Shown here in pieces: positions 1 to 9,400 of a stretch of DNA of 64,000 bases. How positions within the stretch are numbered: position 1 is the stretch's first letter; each line of letters starts with the position of its first letter. Origin of the DNA: Deltaproteobacteria bacterium (GTDB lineage Bacteria > Lernaellota > Lernaellaia > JACKCT01); assembly GCA_020633895.1 (NCBI GenBank), contig JACKCT010000001.1, positions 462,130-526,129 on the forward strand, read 5' to 3'. The notes below the pieces were generated by a model. The model saw only the letters and a program-made list of their open reading frames with translations, was not told where the DNA came from and ran no database searches. The translations under genes were made by a program, and so were the position numbers.

Positions 1-1
1 G

Positions 2-1003
2 CACCGCCAGACGCTGCCCGAAGACCTGATGCATGGCCTCATCGACGATCTGGCCGACCTGGGCACGCAGCGCGTGCGTTTCACCGGCGGCGGCGATCCG
101 TTCGTGCATCCGAAGATGATCGAGTTTTTGGAGCACGTGAAGGAGCGGGGCATGATTGCGTGCGTGACGACGAATTTCACGTCGATCACGCAAAAGAAAG
201 TGCATCGCATGGCTGAGATCGGCGTGGACGAAATCACCGCGTCGGTGTGGGCGGGAACGCCGGATATGTACGCGCGCAGCCATCCGGCCAAGACGCAAAA
301 ATCCTTCTGGCAGATCGAGTCGTTCCTGCGCGAGCTGTGCGCCGCGAAAAAGCCCCATATGCAGGTGGTCGTCGCGAATGTGCTGTTTTCCATGAATTAC
401 ATGGAGACACGGGAGATGCTGGACTTCGCGTTGCGCGTCGGCGCGGACGGCGTGTACTACACCGTCGTCGATTCGGTCGCCAAGCCCACGGACGGTCTGC
501 TGCTCACGCCGCCCCATCTGTCGGTGCTGCGTTCCCACTTGGACGAAGTGAAGCAGCGGGTGGACGACGAAAATCAGACCCGGCCCCGGCCGTTCATCCT
601 GGACAACTTCGACGGCCTGATCCGCCGCCTGGACGCGGTGGGCGCGACGCGGGGCGACTACGACCGCCAGACCGTGGACGCCATTCCCTGCTACATCGGG
701 TGGATTTTCGCGCGCATCACGGCGGACGGTAAGGTCGCGCCCTGCTGCCGGGGATCGAACATGCCCTTGGGCGATTTGCATGAGCAGAGCTTCAAGGAGA
801 TCTGGCACGGGCATCTGTACCGGCATTTTCGTAAGATGGCTCTCAACGAAAAGAAGTCCCATCCCTTCTTTAAGCCCATACAATGTCATCGCACTTGCGA
901 TAACCTGATGCACAACGAGAACCATCATCGAAAGATGATGCGGATCACGGCGGAAGAGAAGCGACATTTGATAGATTTCGTGGTCAACGGAGGTTCCCGA
1001 TGA
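2..1003 (+). CDS. radical SAM / SPASM-type auxiliary-cluster domain protein (5'-partial, continues upstream of window)
   Basis: Frame open from nt 2; the fragment starts after the CxxxCxxC motif (FTGGGDPF glycine-rich SAM motif present). C-terminal PCC...GxL...W cysteine-rich region resembles SPASM/twitch domains and is paralogous to 6422.. N-domain and 51860..52870. Stop overlaps next start (ATGA). Confidence 0.7.
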   Translation, partial: HRQTLPEDLMHGLIDDLADLGTQRVRFTGGGDPFVHPKMIEFLEHVKERGMIACVTTNFTSITQKKVHRMAEIGVDEITASVWAGTPDMYARSHPAKTQKSFWQIESFLRELCAAKKPHMQVVVANVLFSMNYMETREMLDFALRVGADGVYYTVVDSVAKPTDGLLLTPPHLSVLRSHLDEVKQRVDDENQTRPRPFILDNFDGLIRRLDAVGATRGDYDRQTVDAIPCYIGWIFARITADGKVAPCCRGSNMPLGDLHEQSFKEIWHGHLYRHFRKMALNEKKSHPFFKPIQCHRTCDNLMHNENHHRKMMRITAEEKRHLIDFVVNGGSR

Positions 1004-1968
1004 GCCGCCGCGTGCTCATCACCGGCGGCGCCGGCTTTATCGGCCACCACCTGTGCCGACGAATGTTGGCGGACGGCTATGAGGTGGGCGTCATCGACAA
1101 CGAGGCCACGGGACGTCGCGAGGACGTGCCCGAGGGCTGCGACTATCTCAAGGGCGACGTGCGCAACCTGGATGACCTGGCCCGGGCGTTCGACCCGGCG
1201 CCGGATGTGGTGTTTCACACCGCCGCCCAGGCGAGCAACATTCGTAGCTTCGACAATCCGCAGGAGGACATGGCCGTCAATCTGCTGGGCACGATCAACG
1301 TGGTCACGAAGTGCCTGGAGCTCAAGGTACCCAAGCTGGTCTATGCCAGCTCCATGACGGCGTACGGGATGATGAACACATTGCCGGTCAACGAACAGAC
1401 GCCCTTGGCGGCGATCTCCTATTACGGCATCGGGAAGGCCGCGGCGGAGAGATTCGTGCTGGCGACGGCGGCGCGGCCCGATCTGAAATCGCCGTTTTCG
1501 GCGACGTGCTTTCGCATGTTCAACGTCTACGGCCCCGGGCAGAGCCTGAGCAATCCGTACCAGGGCGTGCTGGCGATCTTCATCGGCAATGTCATGCGCG
1601 GTGAGCCCTGCCGGGTCGACTCGGACGGGGAGCAGACGCGGGATTTCGTCTACGTGGACGATGTGGCCGAGGCTTGGCGCCGGGCCGCGCACGTGGGCAA
1701 GGCGGATAATCTGGCGGTGAATCTGGGGTCGGGGAAGCAGATCAGCGTGAACGGTTTGGTCCAGGAGACCTGCCGCGCCTTGGGCGTCGATCCGGCGACG
1801 TATCCGTTCAATCATGCGCCCGAACGCCCCGGCGACCAGCGCCATGCCCAGGCCGATGTGGCTCTGGCCAAGAAAGTGCTGGACTGGGAGCCCACGGTCG
1901 ATTTTCCCGAAGGACTCAAACGCACCGTCGCGTGGGCCAAGGACAACGCGGGCGGGGAGGCGGCTTAA
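1000..1968 (+). CDS. NAD-dependent epimerase/dehydratase (GalE/UDP-sugar epimerase family SDR)
   Basis: N-terminal VLITGGAGFIGHHL Rossmann motif; YxxxK-type extended SDR layout over 322 aa; start ATG overlaps upstream stop, stop TAA overlaps next ATG (TAATG). Confidence 0.85.
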   Translation: MSRRVLITGGAGFIGHHLCRRMLADGYEVGVIDNEATGRREDVPEGCDYLKGDVRNLDDLARAFDPAPDVVFHTAAQASNIRSFDNPQEDMAVNLLGTINVVTKCLELKVPKLVYASSMTAYGMMNTLPVNEQTPLAAISYYGIGKAAAERFVLATAARPDLKSPFSATCFRMFNVYGPGQSLSNPYQGVLAIFIGNVMRGEPCRVDSDGEQTRDFVYVDDVAEAWRRAAHVGKADNLAVNLGSGKQISVNGLVQETCRALGVDPATYPFNHAPERPGDQRHAQADVALAKKVLDWEPTVDFPEGLKRTVAWAKDNAGGEAA

Positions 1969-3056
1969 TGAGCCAGTTCATGTCCGCCATTGAAAGCCAG
2001 TTGATGAACTTCAAGGCGTTCCGCCCGTTCTTCACGCCCGGCCGGGTGCTGCGCGACGCGGTGACGTTCCCGAAGGACTATTACCTGGGCGACGGCAAGA
2101 CGACGCGCTTTCCTTCGATCATCAACCTGAACATCACCACCGTATGCAATCTGAAATGCCCCTTCTGCTTCAACATGGACATCCTCGGCAAACGCACCGA
2201 ACTGTCCACCGAGCAGATGGAGGACATCGTCGATCAGGTCGCGGCGAACCGGGGCGGGCTGTTCCTCTCCGGCGGCGAGCCCTTCGCCCGCAAGGACATC
2301 TTCGAGATCATTGAACACGCCAAGTCCAAGGGCGTGCCCGTCGGTGTCGTCACCAACGCCACGCTCTTCACCCGCGAGAAGGTGCAGCGCCTGTACGACA
2401 TCGGCCTGGACGTGGTCGTCATCAGTTTCCACGGCACCGAGGAAGCCCACGACAAGGCCGTCCTGATGAAGGGCGCCTACAAGAAGACGTTGCAGGCCCT
2501 CAAATGGTTCGCGGAAATCTTCCCGTCGCCGGGGCCGATGATCAACTACGTCCTCACCGAGCACTCGATTCCCCATATGTCGGATTTCTTTAAGGAAATC
2601 GGTGATATCCCGAATGTCGCCAAGCGCCTGTCCCACCTGAATTTCGTGACGCCGGACGAGGCGAAGGCCAACGAGACTTATTGGATGGAGAAGTTCGGCG
2701 AGGCGCCCCAGTTGCTGCAGTACGAGTACCACCCGTCCGACCGGATGTACGAGCCCATCATCCAACAGCTCGAACGCAATCCCGAGATCTTCACCAAGCC
2801 TGTCATCAATCGGGAAGAAATGAAGACCTGGTACTCGGATCGCTTCGATCTCAAGCGCCGGTGCGTGTTTATCTGGAAGTCCACGTTCATCAACTCGGAC
2901 GGGGATATGTACCCTTGTCAGTTCCTGATGATGAAGATGGGCAACATCAAGGAACATTCCATCGAGGAGCTGTGGAACGGGGAGAAATACCGGCGATTCC
3001 GCGCCCTTTTGCGAGAAGGTCTCACGCCCGGTTGCGCCCGCTGCTGCAAGCTTTAA
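1968..3056 (+). CDS. radical SAM protein with C-terminal SPASM-like cysteine-rich domain
   Basis: CNLKCPFC (Cx3Cx2C) at N-terminus, LSGGEPF SAM-binding motif, C-terminal YPCQ...GNIKEHSIEELW...GCARCC cluster. Confidence 0.75.
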   Translation: MSQFMSAIESQLMNFKAFRPFFTPGRVLRDAVTFPKDYYLGDGKTTRFPSIINLNITTVCNLKCPFCFNMDILGKRTELSTEQMEDIVDQVAANRGGLFLSGGEPFARKDIFEIIEHAKSKGVPVGVVTNATLFTREKVQRLYDIGLDVVVISFHGTEEAHDKAVLMKGAYKKTLQALKWFAEIFPSPGPMINYVLTEHSIPHMSDFFKEIGDIPNVAKRLSHLNFVTPDEAKANETYWMEKFGEAPQLLQYEYHPSDRMYEPIIQQLERNPEIFTKPVINREEMKTWYSDRFDLKRRCVFIWKSTFINSDGDMYPCQFLMMKMGNIKEHSIEELWNGEKYRRFRALLREGLTPGCARCCKL

Positions 3057-3065
3057 AATCCGCGC

Positions 3066-4769
3066 ATGATTGTTCTCGGGATCTCGGATAACCACGGCTC
3101 CGGCGCCGCGCTGGTGCGCGACGGGATGCTCGTCGCCGCGGTGAATCAGGAGCGCCTCAATCGGGAGAAAAACTCCCTGGCTTTTCCCTGGGAGGCCATC
3201 GACGAGGTGCTCAAGATCGGCCAGGTCACGCCGGCGGACGTGGACCTGATCTCCGTGGGCAGCCAATTCACCCCGGTCTTTTTCCTGAGACTGGTCAAGT
3301 CGATCCACCAGCGCGCGAAAGACTCCACCAGCCAGTTCTCGCCGATCTACGACCTCTACGTCCTCTATCACCTGCTGGTCAAAAAGATTCGGCTGCTGCG
3401 TTGGGTGGAGATGCTTCTGTCCCGCGCCATGCTCACCCGACAGTTCCAAAGGCGTGGATATCGTTGCGATATTCACCTGATCGAGCATCACGAGGCCCAC
3501 GCCTACTCGACCTATTTGACCGGCCCGTTCGAGAAGGCCATGGTGGTCACTTGCGACGCCATGGGCGACGGCGTTTCGGCGACCGTGGGCCTGGGATCGG
3601 ACGGGCGCATCCGGCGCGTTTTCGAGCAGGACGGGCGTTGCGCGTTCAATCCGTATTACTCGCGGATCACCGAATTGCTGGGCTTTCGGCCCAATCGCCA
3701 CGAAGGCAAGGTGACGGGCCTGGCGGCCTACGGCGATCCGGAGAAGCTCCTGGCGGATTTTCGCCGTCACGCCCATTTCGTCGGGCCCGGATTTTCCCGT
3801 TTCCGTTTGTGGACCCCACGTCAGCAAACCAACGGTTTCTATGGGAAAATCAGGCATTATGGCCGTGAAGATATCGCCGCGGCCGCTCAAAGGAACCTGG
3901 AGGTTCAGATCGGGGCCTTTATTCGTTATTGGAAGGACAAATTAGGCGCCGAGCACGTGACTTTGGCGGGCGGGATCTTCGAGAATGTGAAACTCAATCA
4001 GCGGGTGCACGAGGTGCCGGGCGTGGCGGGTGTTTACATCTTTCCCAACATGTCCGACGGCGGCTTGGCCAGCGGCGCGGCGTTGTTTTCGTCGCGGGCT
4101 CCGCGCCGTGCCCTTGAAAGCGTTTTTTTGGGCGGCGGGTTCGATCGGGAGGTGATCGAGGCGGCGGCGGCGCGAAGCGGCGTGGCCTACGACGAGCCCG
4201 AGGATTTGGCCGCCGAGTGCGCGCGCCTGCTGGCCGACTGGCAGGTGGTGGTGCGATACGCCGGGCGGATGGAATACGGCCCCCGGGCATTGGGGCATCG
4301 TTCGATCCTCTATCGCCCCGACGATCGCGCCATTAACGACTGGCTCAACGTGAAGTTGCGCCGCACCGAGTTCATGCCCTTCGCGCCGGTGGTGCGCGAC
4401 GAGCGGGCGGCCGAGTGTTTTGTGCATCTGGACGGCGCCGAGTTTACGGCCCGGTTCATGAACGTCTGTTTCGATTGCACGCCGTATATGGCCGAAAAGT
4501 GCCCCGGCGTGGTGCATGTGGACGGTACGGCGCGGCCGCAGATTCTGCGTCGGACCGATGATGAGGAGTATTATCGGCTCCTGGAACAGTTCGAGGCGTT
4601 GACCGGCCTGCCGGCCCTGGTGAACACCTCGTTCAATATGCACGAGGAGCCGATTGTGCATACGCCCGACGAAGCCGTCCGGGCGTTTCAACAGGCCGAG
4701 CTGCCGTATATGGCGCTGGGACCGTTTTTGTTGCGGGCCGAGGAGCACCGCATCGCCCGCCGAAATTGA
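3066..4769 (+). CDS. carbamoyltransferase, NodU/CmcH (TobZ-like) family
   Basis: 567 aa; N-terminal ILGISDNHGSGAALV...NQERLNREK ASKHA/Kae1-like fold signature and HHEAHAYSTY metal motif, C-terminal YrdC-like carbamoyltransferase C domain; embedded in rSAM operon. Confidence 0.8.
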   Translation: MIVLGISDNHGSGAALVRDGMLVAAVNQERLNREKNSLAFPWEAIDEVLKIGQVTPADVDLISVGSQFTPVFFLRLVKSIHQRAKDSTSQFSPIYDLYVLYHLLVKKIRLLRWVEMLLSRAMLTRQFQRRGYRCDIHLIEHHEAHAYSTYLTGPFEKAMVVTCDAMGDGVSATVGLGSDGRIRRVFEQDGRCAFNPYYSRITELLGFRPNRHEGKVTGLAAYGDPEKLLADFRRHAHFVGPGFSRFRLWTPRQQTNGFYGKIRHYGREDIAAAAQRNLEVQIGAFIRYWKDKLGAEHVTLAGGIFENVKLNQRVHEVPGVAGVYIFPNMSDGGLASGAALFSSRAPRRALESVFLGGGFDREVIEAAAARSGVAYDEPEDLAAECARLLADWQVVVRYAGRMEYGPRALGHRSILYRPDDRAINDWLNVKLRRTEFMPFAPVVRDERAAECFVHLDGAEFTARFMNVCFDCTPYMAEKCPGVVHVDGTARPQILRRTDDEEYYRLLEQFEALTGLPALVNTSFNMHEEPIVHTPDEAVRAFQQAELPYMALGPFLLRAEEHRIARRN

Positions 4770-4784
4770 GGCGGGGCATGAGGG

Positions 4785-6422
4785 ATGCCGCGTATGGGTT
4801 TTGAAAAGCGACGACGCACGCCGCCGCAGGACGCCGACCGGGCCGCCGGGGGCGTGGCGCGCGTGTTGAAGATCGCCGATGACGAGGGCGTGCCGGTCGC
4901 CGAGACCCCCCCGGACATCCTGCTGTTCTCGCCGCCGCCTTGGCTGGTGACGGGCCCGCCGCTGGGTTTGGCCGCCGTGTCGGCGTACCTCAAGGCCCAG
5001 GGCTGGCGGGTCAAGATCATCGACGGCAACACCAAGGCCTACCACGACGCCAAGCCCAAGGATCAACTCCTATGGCGTTGGGAATATTCGGCGTTTTGGG
5101 AGGACGAGGCCGAGGTGGAGAAACGCTTCGGCGCGATGCTGCGCCGATTGGCCGAGGAAGCCGCGGCGGTCGGATCCTGGGCGATCGGCGTGAACGTGGT
5201 GCATCGCAAGGAGGCGGCGGTGGCCATCTTCCTGCGACGCCTCAAGGAGCTTCGACCGGACCTGCGCATTTTCGTCGGCGGACCGGGAGCGGGTTGGAAG
5301 GAATCCCGCGATCACCTGCGCGAGCTGGCCGGGGACCTGGTGGACGGCTTCGTGGTGGGCGAGGGCGAGGTCGTCTGCGACGAACTGCTGCGACGCATGC
5401 GCAAGGGTGAGAGCCTGGAAAACCTACCCGGATTCATGATCGCCGGGCCCGACGGCGAGGCGAAGTTCAAGCCGGGGCGCGTGATCCTGGACATGAACAA
5501 GCTGCCCGTGCCCGATTTCGGCGACTTCGAAATGGAGCACTACGACGACAATTCCCTGGTCGTGGAATGGAACCGGGGATGCGTCGCGCGATGCACCTAT
5601 TGCTCGGTCAACGACTTCTGGAACGCGTTCCGCTTCAAGGGCGCCAAGGCCGTCGCCCACGAACTCAAGACCCTCCACGACCGCCACGGCATCGAGAAAT
5701 TCGTCATCGTCGACCCCATGGTCAACGGCAACCCCGAGCACCTGGACGCCATCTGTGAGGCGATCATCGAGTCGGGGGTGAAGGTGCGTTGGTCGGCGGG
5801 CATCTCGCCCAACCGGGACGTGCCCAAGTCGACCTTCGTGAAGATGTCGGCGGCGGGGTGCTACCAACTCGAGTTCGGCGTGGACTCGGGATCGAACAAG
5901 ATCCTTCGCAAGATGGGCAAGCGCTTCAAGGCCGACCAGGCCGGACGCATGATGCGCGACGCCCACAACGCCGGCATCGACGTGATGCTCTACCTGATCG
6001 TCGGTTTCCCCGGCGAGACCGACGAGACCGTGCAGGAGACCATCGACTGGCTCGACGAGTACGGCGAGTCCATCGACATGGTGCGTTCGATCAATAGCCT
6101 GACCATCGAGGACGGCACGGCGGTCGAGCAGCGTTCCGAATTGTTCGGCGTGGAGAAGGACAAATCGGACGTGAACTGGCGCGACAACTGGCACGAGTCG
6201 GGCAGCTCGCCCGAGATGCGCAAGGCCCGGGTGGATCGGGTGATCGACAAACTCAAGGAACTGAAAATCCCCATCGAAGCCGAGATTATCGCCGAGCAGA
6301 CCGCCGGCGAGGATGGACCGACACTGCCCGACTGGGGCGGGGCCACGCAGTCCGCCGGACCGAGCGCCGGCGCGGGAACCTTCGGCTGCGCGTCCTTCCC
6401 CACGACGGGTGACGAGGGCTGA
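4785..6422 (+). CDS. B12-binding domain radical SAM protein (class B rSAM, stand-alone module)
   Basis: N-terminal cobalamin-binding-like region ILLFSPPPWLVTGPPLGLAAVSAYL...VKIIDGN; rSAM core VVEWNRGCVARCTYC (Cx3Cx2C); stop TGA overlaps start of next gene (TGATG). Same module architecture as the four repeats inside 6422..14053. Confidence 0.8.
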   Translation: MPRMGFEKRRRTPPQDADRAAGGVARVLKIADDEGVPVAETPPDILLFSPPPWLVTGPPLGLAAVSAYLKAQGWRVKIIDGNTKAYHDAKPKDQLLWRWEYSAFWEDEAEVEKRFGAMLRRLAEEAAAVGSWAIGVNVVHRKEAAVAIFLRRLKELRPDLRIFVGGPGAGWKESRDHLRELAGDLVDGFVVGEGEVVCDELLRRMRKGESLENLPGFMIAGPDGEAKFKPGRVILDMNKLPVPDFGDFEMEHYDDNSLVVEWNRGCVARCTYCSVNDFWNAFRFKGAKAVAHELKTLHDRHGIEKFVIVDPMVNGNPEHLDAICEAIIESGVKVRWSAGISPNRDVPKSTFVKMSAAGCYQLEFGVDSGSNKILRKMGKRFKADQAGRMMRDAHNAGIDVMLYLIVGFPGETDETVQETIDWLDEYGESIDMVRSINSLTIEDGTAVEQRSELFGVEKDKSDVNWRDNWHESGSSPEMRKARVDRVIDKLKELKIPIEAEIIAEQTAGEDGPTLPDWGGATQSAGPSAGAGTFGCASFPTTGDEG

Positions 6423-9400
6423 TGCACGCCCACGACGCCAAGAAGACGATTCTGTCGCCGGAACACCTGATGATCCAGACGACATCCCGGTGCAACTCGG
6501 GGTGCGTCATGTGTCCTTGGCCCGACACCGCCTCCGCCCAGCCCCAGGGCGATATGTCCGACGCCCTTTACCGACGCATTGTCGACGAAGTGCGCGAGTT
6601 TCCCGATCTGTCGCGCATCATGCTCTACCTGATGAACGAGCCCCTGCTCGACAAGAAGCTGCCCGAGCGCGTGAACCTGATGCGCAAGGCCCGGCCGTAC
6701 GATGAAATCTACATCGTCACCAACGGCCTTCTTCTCGACCGGGACTTGGGCGACCGGCTGATCGACTCGGGCCTGTCGTGGCTGTCGATCTCCATCCACG
6801 CCCTGGAACCGGCGACCTACGAGAAGATCACCAAGCGCAAGGACTGGGCCAAGCGCCGCGAGCCGATCGAGCGATTCATCGACCGGGCCATGGCCGCTCG
6901 GGGCGAGGACTTCGTGCAGATCAACATCACGAAGGTGCGCCCCCATATTTCCGACGAGGAATACAACGCCGCCGCCGAGCACTGGCGTTCGCTCGGTGTC
7001 CAGCGCGTCGATCTGGACGACGGCTATATCTCCCGCGCGGGCAATGTGGAGGTCTTCGGCCACCAGCGCCTGTCGACGCGCCGCACCAGCGGATGCAAAA
7101 CCATCTGGGCGTACAAGATGGCCCACGTGCTCTACAACGGCGACGTGCTGCCGTGCTGCATGGACTGGCGGCGCAAGGCGGTGTTCGGCAATGTGGAGCG
7201 CGACGGCGGCCTGCTTAACGTCTGGCGGGGCCAGGGGCGCCACGGCTTCCTGGACAAACTGGGTTCGGGCGACGAGTTGCCCGAGGACTTCCTGTGCGTG
7301 GGCTGCGAGGACGCCATCCCCGCGGAGGGCGCGGAGACGGTCGTCATCAACGAAGCCAAAAGCCCGCCGCCGCCGAAGAAAGCCGCCGTGCCCGTCAAGT
7401 TCGTCTCCAAGTCGGAAGCGGCGGTGACATACGCCGACGGCACTTCCGTCGCCGCGAGCGAGACCATCGTCCTTGCCGCCGCCCCGACCCCGGCCAAGGC
7501 GAACGGCCATTCCAACGGCAGTTCTAACGGCAGTTCCAACAGCAGCGCAAACGGCCATGACAACGGCGCGGCCGCCTTCGACACCGGCAGTTCGAATCCG
7601 ATCATCGCGACCTACGACGCCGCCGTCGACGAGAGCTTCCGCAAAGGCGGTCGCGAGACCGAGCCGACGGATTTTTCGAAGGGCGAGGTGGATGTCGTCT
7701 TCTTCGCGCCGCCGCCGTGGCTGACCAGCGCGCCGCCTCTGGGCTTGGCGTCGATCACCGGCTTCCTGCGCAAAATGGGCTGGCGAGTGAAGGTCGTGGA
7801 CGGCAACGTGCGCCTGTATCATTTCGCCGGGAAGACGCACCAGAACCTGTGGGACTGGGAGCGCGGGCCGTTCTGGGAGAAGTACGACAACGTTGCGGGC
7901 GTCTTCGGCGAAGAATTGCGCAAGATGGCCCGGGAAGTCGCCGAACTGCGGCCGAGCGTGGTGGGCGTGAACTGCGTCTCGCGCAAGGAAGTGGCCTTCG
8001 CGATCTTCCTGGACGAACTCAAAAAGCACCACCCGGAATGCAAAGTCTTTATCGGCGGGTCGGGTATCGGCCACTTCGAATTGCGTCGCCATGTGCGCAG
8101 CATCGTTCGCGACTACATGGACGGGTTCCTGGTCGGCGAGGGCGAGCTGATGATGCACAAGGTCCTCACGCGCATGCGCGACGGACGGACCTATGACGAC
8201 ATCCCCGGCGTGGCGACGTACGTCTTGGAAACCAGCGAGGAGATCTTCACGCCCCAGGAGGAGACGCCGGACCTGGGCATCCTGGCGCCGCCCGACTACA
8301 CCGATTTCGATCTGTCGGCCTATTCGTCGCCGAGCCTTATCGTCGAGTGGAGTCGCGGGTGCGTGGGGCGGTGTACATTCTGCAATATCAACGACCTGTG
8401 GAAGAAGGTGCGTGTCAAGGCGGCCGAGCAGGTCGTCGAGGAGATCAAGACTCTCCAGACCCGCCACGGCACCGAGTATTTCTCCGTCGTCGATCCCATG
8501 ACCAACAACGACGTGGACACCCTGGAAGCCGTTTGCGACGGTCTGATCCGGGAGAAAATCCACATCAAGTGGTCGTGCGGCATGTCGCCCAATCGGCGCC
8601 TCACCGCCGAGCAGTTCCGCAAGATGGCTGCCGCCGGGTGCTATCGCGTGGAATACGGCGTCGAGTCCGGTTCGGACACGGTGCTCAAGCGCATGGGCAA
8701 GGAATACAAGGCCGAAGTGGCCGAACAAATGATCCGTGACGCTCACAACGCGGGCATCATGGTCGTGCTATATTTGATCGTCGGTTTCCCCGGAGAGACG
8801 GAAGAGGACCTTCAGCAGACGATCGCGTTCCTGGAACGCAACGCGAAATACATCTCGCTGGTGCGCAGCGTGAACGGGATGGTCATCATCCACGGCGCGC
8901 CGGTGGAGCGAAAGCCCGAGGTCTTCGGCATCGGCGAGTTGGACCGGCTGGAGGACGGCTGGACCAACCGCTGGAGCGCCGGGGACAACACACCCGAGCT
9001 TCGGACCGAACGGGCGGCGCGGGTGACACGGAAGTTGAACGACCTCGGCATCCCGGTCGAGTTCGAGAATGTGGAAGAGGTTATGCCCAACGCGATGCTC
9101 TACGACAAACGCATGGACCAGACCAAGGAGCGCTTGGCCGCCGTCGAGAAGGATCTGAACGATCTGCTCGGCCTGATGGACAAGCTGATGCGCGGCGAGC
9201 CCACGCGGCAGGTGGTCGGCCACGACCAGTTGGCGTTGGTGCTCTGTCCCGTTTGGGGGGTCGACTCGCCGCCCCTGGGGTTGGCGGCCATGGCGGGCTT
9301 TGTGCGCAATCAGGGCTACGAGCCGATGGTGATCGACTTCAACATCGAACTGTTCCACAAGGCGAACGAAAAGCAAAAACCCTTCTTCGAGGAAGACTCT

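Noticed and set aside
1965-3890. 641-aa minus-strand ORF (and similar long minus ORFs 925..1845, 3942..5066, 5990..8746, 8768..12244, 12365..13672) antisense to the rSAM operon
   Set aside because: The plus-strand frames carry clear rSAM, epimerase and carbamoyltransferase motifs. High GC content produces long spurious stop-free antisense frames. The antisense translations are Arg/Gly/Ala-rich with no motifs.
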